DNA of 64,000 nt from an uncultured Chloroflexia bacterium (GTDB lineage Bacteria > Chloroflexota > Limnocylindria > QHBO01): the NCBI GenBank assembly GCA_963825525.1, contig CAWGTN010000002.1, forward strand, positions 1,632,001 to 1,696,000. Direction: 5' to 3'. Both the position numbers and the translations under genes were made by a program. This document shows positions 40,402 to 49,011 of the stretch, one piece after another; positions within the stretch are counted from its first letter, which is position 1; each line of letters opens with the position of its first letter. A model generated the notes under the pieces. That model made no database searches, was not told the DNA's origin, and saw only the letters and a list, made by a program, of their open reading frames with translations.

Positions 40402-41427
40402 TCAGCGATCGTTCCAGGCTGATCGCGTCTCCTCCAGCAGCTCGGGCGTCAGCGAGACGTAGCCCGCCTCGGCGACGACGCCAATGCCCTCGTCTGACAG
40501 GTAGTAGTCGACGAAGTCGGCCACGGCCTGGACCTCGGAGGCCCGTTTGGTGTTGACGTAGATGAACAGGTCACGGCTGATCGGGTACTCGTTGCTGGCG
40601 ATCGTCTCGGTCGTCGGCGAGACGCAGCCATCCCCACCGTCCACCTCGAGGGCCTTGACCACGTCGGCGTTCTCCTCGAAGAATGCGAAACCCACCCAGC
40701 CGAGCGACGTCTCACTTCCGCTGATGCCCTCGACGATCACGTTGTCGTCCGCAGACGCCGTGTAGTCGGCGCGCGCCACGGGATCGGTGCTCCGAGCCTC
40801 GGCGATGCCGTCGAAGACGAGCTCAATGAAGCTGTCGTACGTGCCGGACTCTTCGCCCGGTGCCGTGACCTCGAGGGACACGTCCGGGTAGGGTGCGTGG
40901 GCCGGTCCGAACTCGTCGCCGACATCGGCGGCAAGCTCAGTGGCCAGGTCGTTTGCATCGCTCCAGTTGTCCATGCGCTGGGACTCGGGGCCGAGCAGCG
41001 CGTAAAGGTCGAGGAACGAGAGACAGGTCACCGCGTCGTTCGCGGTCGCGGTGATGACGCTGATGCCATCAACGGCGACCTTCAGCTCGACATATTCGAT
41101 CCCGTTCTCCGAGCACGCCGCGGCCTCCTCGTCCTTGATAGGTCGCGAGGCGTTGCTGATGTCGGTCGCGCCGTCGCAGAACAGAGCGAAGCCGTCGCCG
41201 GTGCCGGGACCGTCCACCTGGTAGTCAAAGCCGTCGGTGGTTGCCGCGAAGTCCTCGGCCACCAGCGAGGTGATCGGCTCGACAGTCGATGAGCCGGAAA
41301 CGATCACCGCACCGCCCTCAACGGCGTCATTCGACGCGCGAGGCGTGGTGACACATCCGGCAAGCGCCATGGTTCCGACCAGTGCCAGCGGGAGGATTCG
41401 CCGCGGCAGCTGTCGCGAGATGTTCAA
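40402..41427 (-). CDS. pstS: Phosphate-binding lipoprotein PstS
   Basis: TTG start after SD GAAGGAG; lipobox LAGC; GSSTV, GTGDG, ASR, SGTYD, YPISR. Confidence 0.9.
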   Translation of the reverse strand: MNISRQLPRRILPLALVGTMALAGCVTTPRASNDAVEGGAVIVSGSSTVEPITSLVAEDFAATTDGFDYQVDGPGTGDGFALFCDGATDISNASRPIKDEEAAACSENGIEYVELKVAVDGISVITATANDAVTCLSFLDLYALLGPESQRMDNWSDANDLATELAADVGDEFGPAHAPYPDVSLEVTAPGEESGTYDSFIELVFDGIAEARSTDPVARADYTASADDNVIVEGISGSETSLGWVGFAFFEENADVVKALEVDGGDGCVSPTTETIASNEYPISRDLFIYVNTKRASEVQAVADFVDYYLSDEGIGVVAEAGYVSLTPELLEETRSAWNDR

Positions 41428-41507
41428 CGATGCTCCTTCCGTACTCGTGAGTGCCCGTGCAACTCCAACGGACACCAGTTGACGTTGTCGAGCATGCGCC
41501 AGGCGCC

Positions 41508-41546
41508 TCAATGCACCCTCATGCACGTGTCAACGAAACGTCAACG
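41508..41546 (-). promoter_or_regulatory. Putative four-unit PHO box upstream of pstS
   Basis: On +, TCAA/TCAT/TCAA/TCAA at 41508, 41519, 41530 and 41541: exact 11-bp period. Confidence 0.6.
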
Positions 41547-41587
41547 AGCAGCGAATGGTCGAGGCGCCTCCGAGTTCGTGCCAGGCG

Positions 41588-42589
41588 TCAGCCCAGGATC
41601 GGTGTCAGGATCAGGTAGGCGACCGCCGCGGTGGCTCCGGAGGCCGGAATCGTGAGGATCCACGCGGTCACGATGCTGCGGGCCACGCCCCAGCGCACGG
41701 TCTTCAGCCGGTCCGACGAGCCGACGCCCATGATCGCCGAGCTGATGACGTGGGTGGTGCTGACCGGCATGCCGAAGTGGGAGGCGGCGAAGATCACGCT
41801 GGCTGCCGTGGTCTCGGCCGCGAACCCGTGGACCGGGTCGAGCTTGACCACCTTGGTGCCCATGGTCTTGATGATCCGCCAGCCTCCGGCGGCGGTTCCC
41901 AGGCTGAGCGCGGTGGCCGCGGTGAGGATCACCCACAGCGGAACCTTGAACTCGGGGATGACCCCGGCCGTGACGAGCGCCAGGGTCATGATGCCCATCG
42001 TCTTCTGGGCATCGTTGCTGCCATGGCTGAACGCCATCCAGGCCGCGGACAGCACCTGGAGGCGGCGAAACGCACCGTTGAGGCGCCCGGGATGGGCTCG
42101 TCGGAACACGTTGAAGAGGAGGCCCATCAGCAGCAGGCCGATGACGAAGCCGATGATCGGCGAGCCGACGAGCGGGAGGAGCACCTTGTTGACGACACCG
42201 TCGATCTGCCAGGCGCCGAAGCCGGCCGAGATGAACGCCGCTCCCAACAGCCCGCCGATCAGCGCGTGGCTGGATGACGAGGGGATGCCCAGTCGCCAGG
42301 TGATGAGATTCCACACGATGGCACCGATGAGCGCGGCAGCGATGACCGTCTGAGACTCCACGTTCGTGTCGATGAGTCCCGAGCCAACGGTCTTGGCCAC
42401 CGCGGTTCCGGTGAGCGCTCCCGCGAAGTTGGCGACGGCGCTCATGGCGATCGCCCACCCCGGCTTCAACGCTCGGGTGCTGACGCTGGTGGCGATGGCG
42501 TTCGCCGTGTCGTGGAAGCCGTTGATGTAGTCGAACGCGATCGCGAGCCCCAGGACGACCAGGAGCGTCAGCGTAAAGCCGTCAGGCAT
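41588..42589 (-). CDS. pit: Inorganic phosphate transporter (PiT family)
   Basis: NGFHDTANAIAT, PSSSSH, HGSNDAQK, PVSTTH. Confidence 0.93.
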   Translation of the reverse strand: MPDGFTLTLLVVLGLAIAFDYINGFHDTANAIATSVSTRALKPGWAIAMSAVANFAGALTGTAVAKTVGSGLIDTNVESQTVIAAALIGAIVWNLITWRLGIPSSSSHALIGGLLGAAFISAGFGAWQIDGVVNKVLLPLVGSPIIGFVIGLLLMGLLFNVFRRAHPGRLNGAFRRLQVLSAAWMAFSHGSNDAQKTMGIMTLALVTAGVIPEFKVPLWVILTAATALSLGTAAGGWRIIKTMGTKVVKLDPVHGFAAETTAASVIFAASHFGMPVSTTHVISSAIMGVGSSDRLKTVRWGVARSIVTAWILTIPASGATAAVAYLILTPILG

Positions 42590-43199
42590 GCTTGACGACG
42601 ATACGCTCGATCACGTTGGCCACGTCCTCGCACGAGTCGATGGTGTCCTCGAGCAGCGCGTAGAGATCCTTCCACTTGATGATCTCGAGCGTCTCGTTGC
42701 CGTTCGTGAAGAGGTCGGCGATGGCCTGCCGGACGAGGCGGTCGCCGTCGTTCTCGAGCCGATGGATCTCGATCCAATGCGGCCCGACATTCTTGAAGCC
42801 CTTGAGCTTCTGCAGGGCGCGGACGATCTCCTCGACCTGTTTCACGATGATCTCGGCTTGGTCGTGCGCCGTCTGCGTCGGCGCCTCGATCTTGTAGAGG
42901 ATGCAGGTGTCCGCAACTTCCTCGATGAAGTCGAGGACGTCGTCCAGCCGGCTGATCAGCTGGTGGATGTCCTCGCGGTCGAACGGCGTGACGAACGTGT
43001 TCTCGAGCTTGTGGCCGATGTCGTGGCTGAGCCCGTCGCCCTTGCGCTCGAGCTCACGGAGCTGGATGGCGATCCGCTCCCGCTGGTCGTAATTTCGGAA
43101 GAACTCCTCGAGCAACCGTGCCGCGACCAGGACGTTCTGGCCGTCGTCGACGAAGAGCTCGAAGAACTTCTCTTCGCGAGGAATGAACGGTAGTCGCAT
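42582..43199 (-). CDS. DUF47 (PhoU-like) Pit accessory protein
   Basis: FVTPFDREDI, HRLENDGD, IKWKDLY; directly upstream of pit. Confidence 0.9.
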   Translation of the reverse strand: MRLPFIPREEKFFELFVDDGQNVLVAARLLEEFFRNYDQRERIAIQLRELERKGDGLSHDIGHKLENTFVTPFDREDIHQLISRLDDVLDFIEEVADTCILYKIEAPTQTAHDQAEIIVKQVEEIVRALQKLKGFKNVGPHWIEIHRLENDGDRLVRQAIADLFTNGNETLEIIKWKDLYALLEDTIDSCEDVANVIERIVVKHA

Positions 43200-43306
43200 G
43201 AGCGATGGACTCTCCAGCCGGGCGCTGTCGGCGGCGGTCGCGTCGCCGCCCTTGAGCACAGCGGCAGCGTACATGCTCGTGGCCCTCCGTGAGCCAACGC
43301 GGTGCG

Positions 43307-43338
43307 GGGCCGGCCGGCCCTGATCGGCCGGCCGGCCC
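43307..43338. terminator. 13-bp hairpin downstream of the Cys-rich peptide
   Basis: GGGCCGGCCGGCC-CTGATC-GGCCGGCCGGCCC. Confidence 0.6.
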
Positions 43339-43347
43339 TTCAGTGGT

Positions 43348-43410
43348 TCAGCAGCCGCAGGATCCAGCGTCACAGCAGCCATCACCGCAGCAGTCGTCGT
43401 TGCGTCGCAT
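43348..43410 (-). CDS. 20-aa Cys-rich metallothionein-like peptide MRRNDDCCGDGCCDAGSCGC
   Basis: SD GGAGG 8 nt upstream, perfect TTGACA upstream, hairpin downstream; divergent from arsR. Confidence 0.65.
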   Translation of the reverse strand: MRRNDDCCGDGCCDAGSCGC

Positions 43411-43448
43411 CTTCATCACCTCCCTTCTCGGGTGTGCAATCCATGGAG

Positions 43449-43488
43449 CATATAGATGGTTGTCAATATGGACCGATATCGATATACT
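43449..43488. promoter_or_regulatory. ArsR-type operator with overlapping divergent promoters
   Basis: Inverted repeat CATATAGA-N6-TCAATATG (43449-43470); + strand TTGTCA-N17-TATACT; - strand TTGACA at 43461-43466. Confidence 0.7.
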
Positions 43489-43498
43489 CGCAACTGAC

Positions 43499-43789
43499 AT
43501 GAGCCGCTCCGATCCCGATATCACGTTCCTGTCCGCCCTGGCGGACCCCGTGCGCCTCTCGTTCGTCCGCCAGCTTGCCGCCGGGGACGGCGTGTGCGCC
43601 TGCGACTTCAGCGAGTGCTGCTCGGTCAGCCAGCCGACGATCAGCCACCACCTCAAGGTGCTGCGCGACGCCGGCGTGGTGACGAGCGAGCGGCGGGGCA
43701 CGAACATCGTCTATTCGCTGTCGCCCGACTTCGGCCGACGCTGGAGCGACATGGGGGCGAGCCTGGCCGGTCTGGTCCAGCTGGCGTGA
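43499..43789 (+). CDS. arsR: ArsR/SmtB family metalloregulator
   Basis: ALADPVRL, VCACDFSECC, SQPTISHHLKVL. Confidence 0.9.
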   Translation: MSRSDPDITFLSALADPVRLSFVRQLAAGDGVCACDFSECCSVSQPTISHHLKVLRDAGVVTSERRGTNIVYSLSPDFGRRWSDMGASLAGLVQLA

Positions 43790-43806
43790 AACATGAGGGA
43801 GAACCG

Positions 43807-44619
43807 ATGACCGAGCCGATCCACGAGCTTGTGCGGGAGCGTTATGCCCTGGCCGCGAACCAGGCGGCCAGCGGCTCCGGAGCGTGCTGTGGGCCCGAGG
43901 AGGGCATCGGCGCCGGCCTGTACAGCGCGCTCGAACGCGACGAGCTGCCCGAGGCGGCGGTGCTGGCTTCGCTGGGATGTGGCAATCCGACCGCGGTGGC
44001 GGACCTGCGTCCGGGGGAGCGGGTGCTCGACCTCGGGTCGGGCGGCGGAATCGATGTCCTGCTGTCGGCGAAACGGGTTGGGGCAGCGGGCCGTGCGTTC
44101 GGCCTCGACATGACCGACGAGATGCTCGCCCTCGCACAGCGCAACGCCGCGGCCAGCGGAGCCACGAACGTCGAGTTCCTCAAGGGCCAGATCGAGGCGA
44201 TTCCGCTCCCGGCCGCGTCGATCGACGTGGTCATCAGCAACTGCGTCGTGAACCTGGCCGCCGACAAGGGCGCCGTGTTCAGTGAGATCGCCCGTGTCCT
44301 GCGCCCCGGGGGCCGCATCGGCATCACCGACATCGTGGCCGAGGACACGCTGAGCCCCGAGCAGCGAGCGGAACGCGGCTCCTACGTCGGGTGCATCGCG
44401 GGCGCGCTTTCGTACGCCGAGTTCGAAACGGGCCTGCGCCAGGCCGGGCTGATCGACATCTCCCTGACGACGACCCACCAGGTCGCCGACGGCATGCACA
44501 GTGTCATCGCCCGAGCCACGAAGCCGATGCAATCCGCGGCAGATGCGCCGGCCCTGTCCGAGCTTCCGCTGGCCGTCGATGGCTGTGGCTGCGGAAGCGC
44601 ATCGGGCGGTTGCTGCTGA
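43807..44619 (+). CDS. arsM: Arsenite S-adenosylmethionine methyltransferase
   Basis: ACC, SLGCGNP, DLGSGGG, SNCVVNL, GCIAGA; Cys-rich tail GCGCGSASGGCC. Confidence 0.9.
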   Translation: MTEPIHELVRERYALAANQAASGSGACCGPEEGIGAGLYSALERDELPEAAVLASLGCGNPTAVADLRPGERVLDLGSGGGIDVLLSAKRVGAAGRAFGLDMTDEMLALAQRNAAASGATNVEFLKGQIEAIPLPAASIDVVISNCVVNLAADKGAVFSEIARVLRPGGRIGITDIVAEDTLSPEQRAERGSYVGCIAGALSYAEFETGLRQAGLIDISLTTTHQVADGMHSVIARATKPMQSAADAPALSELPLAVDGCGCGSASGGCC

Positions 44620-44650
44620 ACCTCCGGTTGTCTCCTACAATCGGCGGCCC

Positions 44651-45922
44651 GTGACCGACTCCGAGCGACCCTCCTACCTCGCCCTGCTGCGCGTCCCCAC
44701 CCTGGCGCGCGTGCTGGTCTCGATGCAGATCGCCCGCATCGCCCAGTCGATGGTCGGCGTGGCCATTGTCCTCTTCACCCTGGGCCGATACGGATCGCCC
44801 GCGTTCGCCGGGCTGGTGACGCTCGCGAGCATCCTGCCCGGCCTGCTGGTGAGCCCCATCGCCGGCGCGCTGCTCGACCGCCACGGTCGCATTCGCCTGG
44901 TGATCCTGGACTACGTGGTGGCGCTGATGGCCATGGGGCTCATCGCCGCCCTCGCGCTCGCCGATGCGCTGCCCGGCCCCGTGCTCGTCCTCATCGCGGT
45001 CGTCTCGTCGCTGACGTCCATCCTCAGCCATGTCGGCCTCCGGTCGCTCTTTCCGATCCTGGTCCCCGAGCCGCTCTGGGAGCGAGTCAATGCCGTCGAC
45101 TCCAACGGTTACGTGGTGGCGACCATCGTGGGGCCGCCGCTGGCGGCGGCCATGGTCGCGCTGCTCGGCGGCCCGACCGCGCTGCTCTTCATCGGCCTGG
45201 CGTTCGGCATCGCCGCCGCGGCGCTGCTCGGTGTCCCCGATCCCGCCTCGCCGGTGGCCACGACGGGGCGCATCCTGGCCGACGCGTGGGGCGGCATCCA
45301 ATACACGTGGCGCAACCGGACGTTGCGCGGCCTGGGCTTCGCCGTCACCTTCGGCAATCTCGCCCACGGCATGACGGCGATCGTGCTGCCGTTGATCGTT
45401 CTTCAGCGATTCGGGATGGGTGAGACGGTCGTCGGGCTGGTCTTCGCCGTATCGGGAATATCGGGCGTGGTCTCAGCCTTCCTGTTCGGCCGGATGGACA
45501 CTCGCGGACGGGAATGGTCGATGCTCGTGTGGCCGATGGTGGCGCTCGTGCCGACCGTGGCGCTGCTGCTCATCGCGGCCGGGCAGCCTCCGCTGCCGGT
45601 CGGCCTGGGACTGGTCGTGGCCGAGATGCTCCTCGTGGGACTGCTCATCGGGCCCATGGACATCGCCCTCTTCACGGTGCGCCAGCGGCGAACGGATCGC
45701 GAGTGGATGGGCCGCGCCTTCTCCGTGTCGATGGCGTTCAACTACCTGGGTGTGCCGATCGGCGCCGCCGTCGCCGGGCTCCTGGCCGAAACCTCGATCG
45801 AGCTCGCGATCCTGGTGCTCGGCATCGGCGGTGCGACGGCCTCGGCGATCGCCGCCGCCACCCTGGTGCCCCGCAACGAGCCACCACGAGGCCAACCACT
45901 CGTCGAGCAGACGACCGGTTAG
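44651..45922 (+). CDS. MFS transporter
   Basis: About 12 TMs, GALLDRHGR motif A, MGRAFS. Confidence 0.88.
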   Translation: MTDSERPSYLALLRVPTLARVLVSMQIARIAQSMVGVAIVLFTLGRYGSPAFAGLVTLASILPGLLVSPIAGALLDRHGRIRLVILDYVVALMAMGLIAALALADALPGPVLVLIAVVSSLTSILSHVGLRSLFPILVPEPLWERVNAVDSNGYVVATIVGPPLAAAMVALLGGPTALLFIGLAFGIAAAALLGVPDPASPVATTGRILADAWGGIQYTWRNRTLRGLGFAVTFGNLAHGMTAIVLPLIVLQRFGMGETVVGLVFAVSGISGVVSAFLFGRMDTRGREWSMLVWPMVALVPTVALLLIAAGQPPLPVGLGLVVAEMLLVGLLIGPMDIALFTVRQRRTDREWMGRAFSVSMAFNYLGVPIGAAVAGLLAETSIELAILVLGIGGATASAIAAATLVPRNEPPRGQPLVEQTTG

Positions 45923-46233
45923 GCCACCCCGAGCAGCCGCGCGATGGCTGCGGACGCCGCGGCCACCACCACGACCAGCAGGATGGGAGCGCGGAGCGCG
46001 ATGGCGAGCGCCGCAGCCCCGACCCCGATGATCCGTGCGTCGAGCACCAGCTCCTGCCCCTGTCCGATTGCCGCTGTCGCGACGAGGGCGGCCAGCAGGG
46101 CGGGCGCGAGCAGCGCAACGACGCCCTGGACGCGGGCCGGAAGTGCGCGTCCGCCGAGCAGGACCGGTCCCGCGGACTTGATCACGACCGTGCCGAGTCC
46201 GACGAGCAGCACGACCATCCACGATGCGCTCAT
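45919..46233 (-). CDS. azlD: AzlD family protein
   Basis: LLAPALLAALV; coupled to azlC. Confidence 0.8.
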   Translation of the reverse strand: MSASWMVVLLVGLGTVVIKSAGPVLLGGRALPARVQGVVALLAPALLAALVATAAIGQGQELVLDARIIGVGAAALAIALRAPILLVVVVAAASAAIARLLGVA

Positions 46234-46901
46234 CGGCGTCGGAGCCCGACGAGCGCGCCGGCGGCCGCAGCGATGATCGGCACGCCGGGCGGTGTGAAGG
46301 GGACCAGCGAGAGGGCGATGACCGCCCCGGCCAGTGCGGCGACCACCGAGGTTCGCCGGGTCAGCTGCGGTACCAGGAGCGCGAGGAAGAGCGCCGGAAA
46401 TGCTGCGTCGAGACCCAACGCAGCCGGGTCGCCCAGTGCCTCGCCGCCGATCACCCCCACGACCGTGCCGCCCACCCAGGCCAGCCACAGAACCGTGCCG
46501 GCGCCGATGAGCCGATCCCCGTCGAATTCACCGCCGCCGCGTGCAGCTATCGCCCACGATTCGTCCACGACCAGCTGGCCCTGGGCAAAGCGCGCCAGCC
46601 GTCCGCCGTGGAGGAAGCGCGCCACGCTGATCCCGATCGGGAGGTAGCGCGCGTTGAGCAGGAGCGCGGCCGCGATCGCCGCGATCGGCTGCCCTCCGGC
46701 GCCAAGGATCGCCGCAGCCGCGAACTGGGCGGAGCCGGCAAAGGTGGTCATGCTCATGACCACCGCGGGCAGCGCTCCCAGCCCTCCGCTTGCTGCCGAC
46801 AGCACGCCGAAGGAGACGCCGAACAGCGCCACCGCCACGGCCAGCGGAACCGCCGTGACGGCCCCGCGACGAAGTTCCCCACGGCTCGTGCTGCTCGTCA
46901 T
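46230..46901 (-). CDS. azlC: AzlC family branched-chain amino acid exporter
   Basis: FAGSAQF, LLNARY, VDESWA, GLDAAFPALF. Confidence 0.9.
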   Translation of the reverse strand: MTSSTSRGELRRGAVTAVPLAVAVALFGVSFGVLSAASGGLGALPAVVMSMTTFAGSAQFAAAAILGAGGQPIAAIAAALLLNARYLPIGISVARFLHGGRLARFAQGQLVVDESWAIAARGGGEFDGDRLIGAGTVLWLAWVGGTVVGVIGGEALGDPAALGLDAAFPALFLALLVPQLTRRTSVVAALAGAVIALSLVPFTPPGVPIIAAAAGALVGLRRR

Positions 46902-47064
46902 CCGGTCCTCGTCCTCATGCTTCGAGCGTACGCTACGCGCCGACCGGCCAGCGCGAGGTTGAGCTCAGCGGCCATTGGCCATGGAGCCGGCAGGCGGTGA
47001 CCGACGAAGCGGCCCCGGGTCAGGCATCGGTCGGCCCCGGGGCGGGTGGGCTAGCATCGGTCGC

Positions 47065-47664
47065 GTGAGCTGGATCGAACGCATCGGGTACGACGCCGCC
47101 ACGGGGCGGCTGCGCGCGATCTACGACCGCATCAAGGGGCCGCGCGGGGAGCTCGACAACATCCTGACCGTCCACAGTCTGCGTCCGCACACTCTCGAAG
47201 GGCACATGGCCCTCTACAAGAACGTCCTCCACCACACCGGCAACACGCTGCCCACCTGGTGGCTCGAGGTCATCGGCGTCTACGTCAGCCTGCTCAATCG
47301 CTGCGACTACTGCGTCGATCATCACTTCGCCGGCCTGCGACGCCTGCTGGCCGATGACGACCGTGCATCGGCCATTCGCGCCTCGCTCGAGGCCGATGCG
47401 CCCGATGCCTTCGACCCACGCCAGTTCGCGATGCTGGCGTACGCCCGGCGGCTGACCCTGGATCCGTCCGAGGTCACCTCCGCTGATCTCGATCGGCTGC
47501 GCGCTGCCGGCATCGACGACGGCCAGATCCTGGAGGTCAACCAGGTCACCGCCTACTTCGCCTATGCCAACCGCACGGTCCAGGGGCTTGGCGTCACCAC
47601 CGATGGCGATGTCCTGGGCCTCTCGCCCGAGGATGGAGACGCGGCCGAGTGGCACCACGCGTGA
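47065..47664 (+). CDS. AhpD/CMD-like peroxidase-related enzyme
   Basis: HSLRP, EVIGVYVSLLNRCDYCVDHH, YFAYANR. Confidence 0.85.
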   Translation: MSWIERIGYDAATGRLRAIYDRIKGPRGELDNILTVHSLRPHTLEGHMALYKNVLHHTGNTLPTWWLEVIGVYVSLLNRCDYCVDHHFAGLRRLLADDDRASAIRASLEADAPDAFDPRQFAMLAYARRLTLDPSEVTSADLDRLRAAGIDDGQILEVNQVTAYFAYANRTVQGLGVTTDGDVLGLSPEDGDAAEWHHA

Positions 47665-48851
47665 CCCCACATTCGTACCTGGCCGGTCTCGAGTGCTCTG
47701 CCTGTGGTGTCGGCGCGTCGGCGGACGAGGTCGCGGGCCTGTGCGCGTCCTGCGGCAAGGTCATGTTCGCCCGCTACGACCTCGAGGCTCTGCGCGCGGA
47801 CATGCCGAGCCCGGACTTCGGTGGCCGCGACCGGACGCTGTGGCGCTACCGTGAGCTGTTGCCGGTCCAAGACGAGGCGTTCGCACGGACGCTGGGCGAG
47901 GGCGGCACGCCACTCCTCTCCCTGGGCGAGGCCGCTCGTGCCGCGGCCGGCATGGAGCGTGGCGAGCTGCTCGTGAAGGACGAGGGCGTCAACCCGACGG
48001 GCTCGTTCAAGGCTCGCGGCCTGGCGGTCGCGGTGGCTCGAGCGGCGGAGCTGGGCATCCGGCACGTCGCGCTTCCGTCAGCCGGGAATGCCGGTGGAGC
48101 CGCGGCTGCGTACGCGGCGGCGCATGGCATCGGCTGCCACGTCGCAATGCCCGCCGACGCACCGATCATCAACCAGCAGGAGGTGGAGCTGTACGGCGGC
48201 GAGCTCATCCTGGTCGACGGCCTGATCGACGCAGCCGGGCGCCTGATCCGCGAGCGTGCCGCCAGCGAGGGCTGGTTCGACCTTTCGACGCTGAAGGAGC
48301 CCTACCGGGCGGAGGGCAAGAAGACGATGGGGATCGAGCTGGCCGAAGCGGGTGGCTGGGGAGACGCCTGGTGCCCGGACGTGGTCGTCTATCCGACCGG
48401 TGGCGGGACCGGCATCGTCGGCATGTGGAAGGCATTCGATGAGCTGCAGCGGCTCGGGTGGATCGGGTCGGGCCGGCCGCGGATGGTGGTCGTGCAGTCG
48501 ACGGGCTGCGCACCGATCGTTCGCGCATTCGAGACCGGAGCCGACCACGCGGAGCCCTGGACGGATGCGAGGACGTTCGCCTCGGGCATTCGCGTTCCGG
48601 CGGCCATCGGCGACTACCTGATTCTGCGGGCAGTTCGGGACGGCGGCGGGACGGCGGTCACGGTGACGGACGACCAGATCGCGGATGCGCAGCGGGTCAT
48701 CGGCCGGCTGACGGGCATCAATGCGGCACCCGAGGGCGCGGCGACCTTTGCCGCTCTGGCCGGCCTTCGCGCATCGGGCTTTCTGGGCGGCACGGAGCGC
48801 GTCGTCCTGTTCAACACCGGCACCGGGATGAAGTATCCGGCTGCGGTCTGA
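47661..48851 (+). CDS. thrC: Threonine synthase-like PLP enzyme
   Basis: N-terminal CxxC...CxxC, LGEGGTPL, NPTGSFKARG, SAGNAG, EGKKTMG, PTGGG. Confidence 0.8.
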   Translation: MTPHSYLAGLECSACGVGASADEVAGLCASCGKVMFARYDLEALRADMPSPDFGGRDRTLWRYRELLPVQDEAFARTLGEGGTPLLSLGEAARAAAGMERGELLVKDEGVNPTGSFKARGLAVAVARAAELGIRHVALPSAGNAGGAAAAYAAAHGIGCHVAMPADAPIINQQEVELYGGELILVDGLIDAAGRLIRERAASEGWFDLSTLKEPYRAEGKKTMGIELAEAGGWGDAWCPDVVVYPTGGGTGIVGMWKAFDELQRLGWIGSGRPRMVVVQSTGCAPIVRAFETGADHAEPWTDARTFASGIRVPAAIGDYLILRAVRDGGGTAVTVTDDQIADAQRVIGRLTGINAAPEGAATFAALAGLRASGFLGGTERVVLFNTGTGMKYPAAV

Positions 48852-49011
48852 TCGGTAGCCGGCCGGTGCCTGCTGGCACCGCGGAGGCCGCGGTCGGGTG
48901 GCACGTCCCCGCCAACGGGTGCAGACTGGATGCCTCTCACAACTTCCGCACCGGACCGCACTGCCCGCGGCCGTGGCTGCGGACCCCTCGCGACCCAGGA
49001 GGAATGCTCGG

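Noticed and set aside
43307-43338. GGCC tandem repeats as a REP or CRISPR element
   Set aside because: A single hairpin with no spacers and no cas genes.
43289-43498. Long N-terminal extension of ArsR in the ORF track
   Set aside because: The promoter and operator lie within it; ATG 43499 is the better start.
48852-49011. Possible riboswitch upstream of the PhoX-like gene
   Set aside because: Only short GC-rich hairpins; no aptamer consensus recognised. An Rfam search would settle it.
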